Both the position numbers and the translations under genes were made by a program. A stretch of DNA of 63,991 bases, counting the filler, from Octopus bimaculoides (lineage: Eukaryota), in the NCBI RefSeq assembly GCF_001194135.2. It is 7 parts of 7 records of this genome, joined end to end, with 100 filler letters (N's around TTAATTAATTAA, not from the genome) between each part and the next. Parts side by side here need not be neighbours in the genome. Positions count along the whole stretch, not along the records: positions 46,466 to 56,983 come from NC_068997.1; positions 57,084 to 60,573 come from NC_069007.1; positions 60,674 to 62,626 come from NC_068988.1; positions 62,727 to 63,991 come from NW_026415632.1; 3 more parts are not named here. One strand, given 5' to 3'. Under the pieces are notes generated by a model. That model worked only from the letters and a program-made list of their open reading frames with translations, was not told the DNA's origin and searched no databases. Below, piece after piece: positions 53,356 to 63,991 of the stretch (positions are counted from its first letter, which is position 1; every line of letters starts with the position of its first letter).

Positions 53356-54807
53356 GACAAACGATATACGTTTATTTATGACCAGAGTGAGCTAAAAGAA
53401 ATAACCGGGAGTGGTCAGTGGTACGAATTTGGATAGGAGAGACGGAGAATGGTATACTCTATATATTACGAGATAAATTATTGATTTACTTAAACCGTCT
53501 TTATTTTCGAGAGAAGGTAAACGAACACTTAGCGCCAATATCTTCCGACTCCGAGTGAGAAGGAGTCATAATCCCCAAAAAACAACAAGTCTTTTGAATT
53601 AAGATCCCTTTACGGAAAGGTCAGTCAGTTTTTGTTGTTGTTTTTTTTTTAGGCAGAAGCGAGAAAGAATAGTTATAATCACTTGCAGAAGCGAGAAAGA
53701 GCAGCTATACTCATTTACCTCAACGAACGTCATCAGCACAACAGTACTCTTTATGACTTTAGTTAGACATAAGTCTTAGTCGCATACAAAAGAAGCTGAT
53801 GACATATATTCAAGAGGAATTTGCACATATTTCTGCATGTATGTATGTGTGTGTAGGTTATGGATGTGTGTGTATGTGTGTGTATGTTTTAGTGCATATA
53901 TGCACGCGTGCTTCTCTGAGTCTGCGTGTGTATGTCAGTACATCTGTATTGGATGAAAACACTGAGAACTGAATCAACTCTGACATTGATATTTAAGCTA
54001 CAGGACGCTGCTACAGAAAGACATTCTATGAAGGAACTGATCAAGCTATTGTTGGAGCAGTTAGTTTATCCTCAGTTTACTTATAATAGGATTAGGAGAT
54101 TATCTAAGCTATTCCAACGAGTTCTCCATTTAAAGAAGAGTGCGAATTGAAGGAGGTTTGGCTGTTACTTCTGGAAGGGCTCACTTTCTTCTGAAGACAA
54201 TACTATTTGAAATGAATAGATCCCGTTATTATCGAAATATTTTGGAAGACTACGTTGTTCCTTCTTGTGTTGAATGAGTGAAACACTATTAAATGCTACT
54301 CTTAAGGATTTCGCATTTTTGAAATTACAAACTTTTCCGCATCATAACATCAACTCCAAAGAAAACAGTCAAGAGAAAAATCTCACTAGTACAGACAACA
54401 AACAAATTTCTTCTGAAAATTGCAAATATATGATTTTAGACTTTGTAACTGTCATTTTCATATAAAGATTTCATATACAAGGTAATCAATGCCGTTTCAA
54501 AGCAATTGAAAGGGAGTCACAAATAATTTCACAAGTAAATAATAAATCAATAAAAGATACTTGTAAAAAGAAGTAAAACTCGTGTCAATGAAACATTGGC
54601 CGTTTATAAATCTCACAAGTTAATAAAACCTTCACTTGTTAGATAATTTGTTCAAATAGAAATGTATGTGACATTTGAAATGGTTTCCTGATATAGGTTT
54701 ATGATTAAATAAATCTGGGGCAAACAAACTATAATATATTGAATGAATCATCAATCTCTACAACTTGCAGAATTGAATTAAAACAGTGCTTTTACTATTA
54801 TTAAAAC

Positions 54808-54856
<49 letters not shown>

Positions 54857-55248
54857 GATCGATCGATCTGTCTATCTGTCTGTCTATCTATCTGTCTGTC
54901 TATCTGTGTCTGTCCATCTCTCTTTCCTCCCTCTCTCTCTCTCGCTCCCCTCCCTCTCTCTCAAACTCGGTGTCAAGGCAAGAAAATCCTGCTACTGATA
55001 CCATGTAACCTAGTACTACCTGTTTAATGGTCGGGTGGTTGGTGACTAAACCGGTTTCGTCACTTGGCAAGTCAGGTAAGGAAATTGTGGACACTCTATT
55101 AAAAGCAAAGCGTGTCAAAAAACACATGGGCTGATCATAAAACATCATGCACGCGGGAAGACAAACTGTGCAGCTGGTCCAAGTCCAAGACCGTAGCAAT
55201 GAGAAGCCTCAATGAAAGACAAACTGTGCCATCGAATTGGAGTCTCTC

Positions 55249-55281
<33 letters not shown>

Positions 55282-55317
55282 NNNNNNNNNNNNNNNNNNN
55301 NNNNNNNNNNNNNNNNN

Positions 55318-55354
<37 letters not shown>

Positions 55355-55573
55355 CCGTCTAAGAGTCCAGAAGTCAAGAAGCATATTATGCATTCGTATA
55401 CTTACTTGGTTATATTAATCAAAGAATACAGCATTATACATTTCTTTCGCTGAGGAAGATGCAGTGTTACCTAACCGTACAATTATCTAGTATCTGGTTA
55501 TCTAATCGCAGTACAAAGCCAATTCGTGAGATTGACTGAAATGGATCTATAATATTGTATACTTTGATATATA

Positions 55574-55638
<65 letters not shown>

Positions 55639-56043
55639 AGAGTTATTTGCTGAGGGATTACCAGCCCAGGCATAATACTTTATAAGCTCTCTGTTAGTAC
55701 ACCAGGCTAACAATGTCATTTAGGTTTGTAAAGAGCTCCGCGTATTCACGTGATAGACTCCGGAGTTATAGTTCATCGGCATTCCACATTACAAATCCAT
55801 GGTTGTGCTCCAGTTATAATGGTTTTTACTCAGAGGGATTTACAAGTCAAGTGTAAATAATGGTCATTACGTATTTTCTTTATTGCAGTAAATTTGACTT
55901 ACAGTTGTTTCCTTTCGTCATTATAGATTCGTAATTGACAAGTTTACTCAATAGCTTACTTTGTCGTTAGGAGGCCCATGTTAACGGACGGAAGATTCGC
56001 CCAGGGTATATGTATGTCTATCTATCTATCTATCTATCCATCC

Positions 56044-56088
<45 letters not shown>

Positions 56089-56694
56089 AGGTGAGAGAGA
56101 GAGAACTTAATATTATTTCTGTTTATTAACTATTTACAATCCATCTCTTCCTATTTTGATAGCAAATTCTCCAGATAAATCTTTATGCACAGCCCCTCCT
56201 CAGGTCTCTCGATGATCGATTGTTTAAGTCACCCTAAAAGTTACATCTCTATTATCTATTTAGTAATTATTGTGTACATTACCCATCTTAAGAAGTACCT
56301 TTATGTCACCCTTTTACGATAAAATTTGTTTCACCCATCTTTCATTTAATCTCTTTGTATAATTACTTATTTTACTTCGTAAACATTGAAGAGAATGTCA
56401 TCTTTCAGTGTTTTATTAGATCGACCTGAAATTGTGTCAGTAAAACATGTAAACGTATAACATATTTCGAAAAATTTGCATTAAGCCTTTAAAACATTTC
56501 GTACGAATTAGCAGTCTGCAAAGTTACAACCTGACTGAGGAAAATTTGAGACATCTGAAAGCCTTTTAACGTCAAATGTTTGCTAAATGAATAAGAAAAA
56601 TATTCCATGCACACAAATTTTATCTCATACGAAAACACACCAAGTTTTATTTGTATAGACATTAAACTAATAGCAATAAATATTTTGTACTTAC

Positions 56695-56795
56695 TGTAGA
56701 TGCAAAGATATATCCGTTGCTAATATTGCTTGTTTTAACAGATTAATAACCTCTGCGTAATCTTCTGAACTTAAGTTGGCGAACAAATTGTGGCC
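56695..56795 (-). CDS. PDE11A: PDE11-like cyclic nucleotide phosphodiesterase, internal catalytic-domain exon (101 bp)
   Basis: Acceptor TAATTTCTTTCCCAG|GGC and donor CA|GTAAGT. Encodes GHNLFANLSSEDYAEVINLLKQAILATDISLHL plus CA, close to the vertebrate PDE11A segment GHNIFANLSS...LLKQSILATDL as I recall it. CA joins the A of the next exon to make Gln. The symbol means PDE11A-like; orthology is not proven. Confidence 0.93.
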
Positions 56796-56941
56796 CTGGG
56801 AAAGAAATTAAGGCATACTTATATATGTGCGTGCGCGCGCGTACGCATTTATAAATGCATTTATAATCTTATATACATGTATATACATATATATATATAT
56901 TCTTATATATATACATGCACGAACACGCAGACACATTTACA

Positions 56942-56983
<42 letters not shown>

Positions 56984-57225
56984 NNNNNNNNNNNNNNNNN
57001 NNNNNNNNNNNNNNNNNNNNNNNNNNNTTAATTAATTAANNNNNNNNNNNNNNNNNNNNNNNNNNNNNNNNNNNNNNNNNNNNATATATATATATTATAC
57101 ATATATATATATTATACATATATATATATTATACATATATATATATTATACATATATTATATATATATGCTTACATACATACACATACATACTTTCATAT
57201 ACCTATGTACATGATACATACATAT

Positions 57226-57267
<42 letters not shown>

Positions 57268-57899
57268 ACACACACATATATACACGTACATATATATATA
57301 TACAAACATATATGTTTGTGTGTATGTGTATGTGTATATGTATACATGTATATACGTATATATATGTATATATATATATATATATGTATATAAATATATG
57401 TATGTATGTATGTATGTATGTATATGTATGTGTGTACCTAAAGATATGTTTAACAAGATGTTTCTTTGAAAAGTGAATTCCTGTTGATATTCCGTCAAAG
57501 ATAAGCAGGACATTTATAGAGATAACGGACTGTTCTTTTTCTATAGGAGCTTTTTATGTGCCCTTCTAGGTACCGGCGGCGGCGCTGGCGGTGGTGGTAG
57601 TGGTGGTGGTGATTGTAGTCGGGTAATCGTGGTGGTGGTGGTGGTGTTGTTAGTGGTGATGATGTTTCTTTTTTATATCCTAAATAGGAAACCCTTGTTG
57701 TAATTTCTTACCATAGAAAAGACAGAGATGTCTAAGATAGGGGTCACATTGTCCAACAATAAATCTAGGGTCATCTGCTGGGGTGGAGCAGGCGATAATA
57801 CATTTAAAGATAAGAGATTAAATTTACAAATTAATCCGAGAGTTATTATTCTGTCTCACAATGCGGTAAGATGGCAGAATTATTAGAACTCCGGAAAAA

Positions 57900-58102
57900 A
57901 AACTACTGTAGGCACAAGGCCTGCCATTTTGGGGCAGGGGACTAGTTGATTACGTCGGACCTCAGTGTTTCAATGGTACTTAATTTAACGAACCCGAAAG
58001 GATAAAAAGGCAAAGTTGACCTTGGCGGAATTTGAACTCAGAACGTAGTGACGGACAAAATGCAGCTAACCATTTCGTCCAGCGCGCTAGCGATACTGCC
58101 AA
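57900..58102 (-). mobile_element. SINE family A
   Basis: GGCACAAGGCCTGCC...CCCGAAAGGATAAAAAGGCAAAGTTGACCTTGGCGGAATTTGAACTCAGAACGTAG...GCGCTAGCGATACTGCC. Confidence 0.88.
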
Positions 58103-58391
58103 CAACAGCAACAACAAAAAAAACAACAGCAACAACAAAAAAAACAACAGCAACAATTCTACTAAAGTTCTTTGCTATTTTCGTACTTCCGCTCTGGTCA
58201 AACAAAACTGTGACATCTGACATTTAAAAAAGATATTTGCATCATCTTTTATACTCTTCCCCTACACACACACACACACAACATAAATATACACACACAC
58301 ACAACATAAATATACACACACACTAATAGACATACACACTCACAAACACACTTAGAAACCCGCTTATCTACACTCATTGAGATGCGCACAC

Positions 58392-58457
<66 letters not shown>

Positions 58458-58869
58458 GCATTAAGACATATACAAACACAACCTCATAAAAATGACATAC
58501 GCTCCTTAGAGGAGATGCATAGTTAAAAACACACGTGCATTAAATCACACACACACCCGTACGCGCGCATAGACATACATACACTTACACGCACACACAT
58601 TCAGAAGCTAACGTATTTCACGATGACTCATTCATTAAAACACACAGACTTCTTAAGAGAAGCTCATACACATACAGGTATATAGGCATTATCAAATACA
58701 CACACGCACACACGCACACACGCACACACGCACACACGCACACACGCACACACGCGCGCGTACACTTACCTATGCGTACATAGAAGGAAACACACCCACA
58801 TAAAATTTCATTCATATGTACAGCAAGACATATTTTAAAGACAGACGTACGTTAAACTTCCCTCTCTCA

Positions 58870-58909
<40 letters not shown>

Positions 58910-59091
58910 CGTACATATAAATGTACATAAACACAAATATAAATATGTATACGCAAACAAACACCCAAATACATATATACATATATACGTATGTACATAT
59001 GCACTTACATATATACGTATATACATGCACATATACGTACGTACATACGTACAAACATATAGGAAATTATCACACATACACGCATTGTCTC

Positions 59092-59129
<38 letters not shown>

Positions 59130-59426
59130 CCTTACTTACTCACACACACACACACACAAACACACAAACACACACAACACACACATACACACTCGTTTCA
59201 GGAAACACTCAATTAAGACACTCCCACGTATAGGACACGGACACATTAAGACAGACACACACATTCTGACTCTCTATCTATCCTTTTCTCTTTCTCTCTC
59301 TCTCTATCACACACACACACACATACACACACACACACATAGACACGTCAGGAAACACTATCAAATGAGTACACATAAGAACACACACGAACACATACAT
59401 TTTGCTTCCTTCTCTCTCTCTTTTTT

Positions 59427-59458
<32 letters not shown>

Positions 59459-59665
59459 CCTAACTCTATCTATCTATCTATCTGTTCATCTATCTCACTC
59501 AATACCAAAAATCTTAAGACTTTAATTAACCTAATTATATTTAATTGTGCTACTATTTCTGTTAAAATTTTCAACTTCAATATTTTTCAAACTTATTGTC
59601 AGTTTGAAGCAATCAAATTTCCAATTCTTACAAACCGAACGCAAGAATGAGAATAGCACTGACAG

Positions 59666-59681
59666 ATTATTATTATTATTA

Positions 59682-59736
<55 letters not shown>

Positions 59737-59762
59737 CATTATTATTATTATCATTATTATTA

Positions 59763-59813
<51 letters not shown>

Positions 59814-59828
59814 ATAATAATAATAATG

Positions 59829-59886
<58 letters not shown>
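59666..59886. repeat. (TTA)n immediately followed by (TAA)n: AT-rich palindrome
   Basis: About 144 bp TTA-type arm joined at about 59810 to about 77 bp TAA-type arm. Confidence 0.92.
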
Positions 59887-59888
<2 letters not shown>

Positions 59889-60530
59889 TGTACGGTCAGT
59901 TTGCAAGAGATGTGAATGCTCAAAATTGGCACAATACGAATACAAAAGACGCCATGACAATGTGGCAAGAATGATCCATTGGAAGCTCTGTGGAAATCGC
60001 GGCCTACAAAGAGCAAACACGTGGTATGAACAAACCCCAGAAGGAGCCACCGAAAATTAGAACTGCAAAATCTTGTCGGATGTAATGATCCAGTGCAATC
60101 ACCTGACCAGACATAGGAAACCGGACATTGTTGTGGTGAATAAAAAAAGAAAGAACATGCATGATAATCGACAGAGCATGCCCTGGTGACAGCAGGATCA
60201 ATGAGAAAGAAGGGAAAATAAACAACTACGACGATTTAAAATGGGAAATATGAAGGTTGTGGTCAATGAAGTGAGTAGACGTGATACCAATAATAATTGG
60301 TGCATTTGGAAGTATCGGCACTCAACTACCAGCATGGCTGAAAAAGATCGGTGCAAGTGTGAAGGTAGAACACCTCCAAAAGTCAGCATTGCTTGGAACT
60401 GCAAGAGTTCTTCGCGGGGTTCTTCAAGCGTGACCAGTAAACAAGTGTCACCCTTAGTCTGCTGGCTGTGGACAGCTGACCCCCTTTCCATCATACCCAG
60501 CAAAATAAGCTGTGAGTTTTCGTCAAAGAA
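59887..60530 (+). mobile_element. Dong/R4-type 5'-truncated copy: REL endonuclease domain and 3' UTR
   Basis: ECSKLAQYEYKRRHDNVARMIHWKLC, WYEQTPEG, HRKPDIVVVNK, DRACPGD, VIPIIIGAFGS, VEHLQKSALLGTARVLRGVLQA-stop. 3' UTR GTGACCAGTAAACAAGTGTCAC. Confidence 0.92.
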
Positions 60531-60734
60531 GAAGACTTTCTTCTTCTTCTTCTTCTTCTTCTTCTTCTTCTTCNNNNNNNNNNNNNNNNNNNNNNNNNNN
60601 NNNNNNNNNNNNNNNNNTTAATTAATTAANNNNNNNNNNNNNNNNNNNNNNNNNNNNNNNNNNNNNNNNNNNNCGACATCACCTCCATCACCACCAACAT
60701 CACCAACCACAAATACCACTACCTTCATCTTCAC

Positions 60735-60830
<96 letters not shown>

Positions 60831-61616
60831 TATCATCACCATCACCATCACCATCACCATCGTCATCGTCATCATCACCATCGTCATCATTATCATCATC
60901 ATCATCATCATCTTTTTCTTCCTTTTTACTTCTTCCTTTTCTTTCTTCATCTTCAGATGTTGAATAACTGCAGGCACACCAATACGCCGATACTAAACAG
61001 TAACCAAATTAGTTAACAATTTAAACAATTAACAGATTGATTCTTTGATTAATCGATCATCAGTCAATCAGTGGATCAATCAGCTAGGGTCCCTTCGTTG
61101 ACATTCATGATCTCATCAGCGACATGTAGCCCTAACGAAATCTCTGACGAGCCTTGTTGCGAGGTTGCTTAATTGATCGAACGGTTAATCAAACGATCGA
61201 TTAGTATAATTGCTTAAAGGTTTGGTTTATTATAGTCAGGGAAGTGAAGTAGAACCGGTGCGTGTGTTTCATATTGGCATGACAAAGATCCTATGATACC
61301 ACACGGAACGATTAGGACATAAGCAGACACCAAATCGCACCGAAACGTCTTTCTAAAAACGGAAGGGCATTCACACATACACACACATTCACACACACAC
61401 ATATATAGAGAAAGAGAGAGAGAGAGAGAGAGAAAGGGACAGAAGAGGACAGAGAGAGGGGTGGGGTGAAAGTCACTTATTGTGATCACATTAAGATGGA
61501 ATCTTTTGAATATAAATGACCAACTGATAACAATAATGAGAGTATTTCTCGATACGTGCCCCGGCGTTTCTGATTGAAATAACCGTTTCGTGATAGAGAG
61601 AGAGAAAAAGAAGATA

Positions 61617-61648
<32 letters not shown>

Positions 61649-61806
61649 GTTAGTGGTGGTGGTGGTGGTGGTGGTGGCGGTGGTGGTATTGTCGGTAATT
61701 GTGGTTGAAGTGGTGGTGGTAGCGGAGGTGTGATAGTGGTGGTGGTTGTGGTGGTGGTGGTGGTGATGGTGGTGGTAGTTGTGGTTGGGTTGGTGATGGA
61801 GAAGAT

Positions 61807-61945
61807 GAGTGGCTGTGTGGTAAGTAACCATATAGTTCCGGGTTCAGTCCCACTACTTGGCACGTTGAGCAAGTGTCTTCTTGTATAGCTTCGGGCTGAC
61901 CAAAGCCATGAGCTAACTTAGTAGACGGAAACTGAAAGAAGCCCG

Positions 61946-62027
<82 letters not shown>

Positions 62028-62235
62028 TTTGTGTGTCTGCGTCCCCACCATCGCTTGACAACCGATGTTGGTGTGTTTACGTCCCCGTAACTTTGCGGTT
62101 CGGCAAAAGAGACCGATAGAATAAGTACTAGGCTCACAACGATTAATCCTGGGTTCGATTTGTTCGACTAAAAGCGGTGCTGCAGCATGGCCGCAGTCAG
62201 ATGAGTGAAATTAGTAAAAGAATAAAGCAATAAAA
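61807..62235 (+). mobile_element. SINE family B, near full-length (tRNA-type head, internal (TA)n)
   Basis: GAGTGGCTGTGTGGTAAG...GGTTCAGTCCCAC head, TTGAGCAAGTGTCTTC...GACGGAAACTGAAAGAAGCCCG core, tail GCGGTGCTGCAGCATGGCCGCAGTC. Confidence 0.9.
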
Positions 62236-62814
62236 CAATGTGTGAGTATGTGTGCATGTTTGTTCTCACTATTCTGTCTTGTTCTTACTGTCCTGTTCTT
62301 GTTAACACTTTAACCCTCCGCAAATTTCTTTGCGGGATGGACTGTTCCAACGAAGTTGCGTATTGTCCTTGCCTTCGAAACGCAGAGTAGATGGAACAGA
62401 GACCATTGACGAAGTTGCATGTCCCGCTTCTCTGGTTTTTTTTTTTCGTTGTTCGGAAAAATGTTCGTTTTCTGTCTTCGTCTTTATTTTTTCGTTTTTC
62501 ATTGCGTTTAACGTTTTTTGTGATGTCCTGTAGCCATATATGCATGTATGTATACATATAGATGTAGGTATGTACATATATGTACGGATATATGCATATA
62601 TTTATATATTATTTAAGTTTTTTAAANNNNNNNNNNNNNNNNNNNNNNNNNNNNNNNNNNNNNNNNNNNNTTAATTAATTAANNNNNNNNNNNNNNNNNN
62701 NNNNNNNNNNNNNNNNNNNNNNNNNNATATGGCTGGAGCTACATAAACTTATATTTCATTAATACCTTCAATTTTGATGATGAGTCTTTGCACTTGAAAT
62801 ACATAAAAATTAGT

Positions 62815-63118
62815 GAAGGTAACGTGGCTTAGTGGGTAGGGTATTCAGCTCACAATCACAAGGCCGTGAGTTCGATTCCCAGAGACGCATTATGTCCTTC
62901 AGCAGGACACTTTATTTCATGTTGTTCCAGTGCACTCACCTGGCAAAAATGAGTTGTACCTGTAATTCAAAAGGACCAGCTGTGTCATTCTGTGTCATAA
63001 TGAATCTCCTTGAGAACTATGGAGTGCTCAGCCACATGCATGTTAATTTCATGAAACGGCTGTTTCATTGATCAGGTCAACTGGTACACTTGGCATCGTA
63101 ACTGACTGAGTGCTAATG
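62815..63118 (+). mobile_element. SINE family C (tRNA-derived)
   Basis: A-box TGGCTTAGTGG, B-box GAGTTCGATTCCC, core ATGTCCTTCAGCAGGACACTTTATTTCATGTTG. Confidence 0.8.
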
Positions 63119-63936
63119 AGTGACATGAAAATTATGTAGTGTCCCCTTTTCACAATGTTATATTAGCACAAGTATATTAACACTCTCCTATCTCTACTCC
63201 TGGGCCAGGGAGTATCATATCTGCTAGGGAGTATTTTGCTAGGGAGTATCATATCAGACTAGGGATGATTAAATTACAACAGTTATTATAGTCCAATATT
63301 TGCATTATAGTGCATTGTTGTGTCATTCAAAACATTTTATTGTTTACAAACAATACACAATGCTTCAAGCAAACTACAATACTTTCCTGTATCAATGAAC
63401 CTTAATTACTTCCATCAATCCTAACGATTTCTGCCAGCCTTTATTCCATCTAGTAATTATAAATGCCTCTATAAGCCTTAAACATATCTAGTAAACTTAA
63501 AAGTGGCTTTTATCCTTAACCCTTACAAATGTGTCTGTTAGCCCTAAATGAGTTTGTTCCTCTCATTCTGGTCTAACAACCCTCCATCTTTGTTTTCGTT
63601 CAGTTTCCTTATATGTTTCCACTGTCCTCTTTTTGTTCCCAGCTTTGACCCTCCGTAAATCCTAAATTCTATTTTAGAATTTACGGGAGCAACTGTCTTT
63701 GAAGACTCATATTGTCGTTGGATGCTCAAAACAAGGAGTAGATAGACAGCCAACAACTTATAAAGGGTCCTTTCTCTGTGTTTACTTGTCCTGTTTTCCA
63801 TTTTTTGCCCGTTGCTTATATATTTAACTCATTTGTCTACATATTTCATGTTATTTGCACCATTGGTGACGTCCTGTACCCATATATGCATGTATATATA
63901 TATATATATTTATATTTTAAATTTTAATGAATAATA

Positions 63937-63978
<42 letters not shown>

Positions 63979-63991
63979 TATTATTCATTAA

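Noticed and set aside
14357-62682. TTAATTAATTAA recurring six times as a possible conserved motif
   Set aside because: Always centred in exactly 44+44 N. It is an assembly spacer with six-frame stops, not biology.

Overview
AT-rich, gap-ridden draft eukaryotic genomic DNA. It is most likely an octopus/coleoid cephalopod, inferred from the dense (TA)n/(CA)n/(TAGA)n/(TAA)n microsatellites and the SINE types. The only host coding sequence I can support is two minus-strand exons (56695-56795 and 48533-48674). They have canonical GT-AG sites, matching phase and an 8,020 bp intron, and splice to GHNLFANLSSEDYAEVINLLKQAILATDISLHLQIRSKFFDMIDNEVKQLEDKNQNEILRSILMTTCDIAAITKPWIVQRR, part of the catalytic domain of a PDE11-like (PDE5/6/11 group) cyclic nucleotide phosphodiesterase. 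The rest is intronic/intergenic DNA full of decayed mobile elements: three tRNA-type SINE families (my labels A, B, C), CR1-type LINEs, several Dong/R4-type restriction-like-endonuclease LINE fragments next to (TAA)n, a CRE-like remnant, Penelope-like elements and four Tc1/mariner elements. Six N44-TTAATTAATTAA-N44 blocks are artificial scaffold joins, so order across them is not guaranteed. I did not find a convincing new multi-gene system. The best second-look items are DNA-repair or retrotransposition footprints: a (TTAGGG)n tract replacing the motif after a transposase catalytic Asp, a 123 bp locally templated insertion into a SINE, a Penelope element with twin-priming-like inversion geometry, a hammerhead-ribozyme-like core, and (TTA)n/(TAA)n palindromes abutting Dong/R4 fragments. 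All family assignments come from remembered motifs; no database search was run. Mobile-element boundaries are approximate unless TIRs or splice sites are cited.
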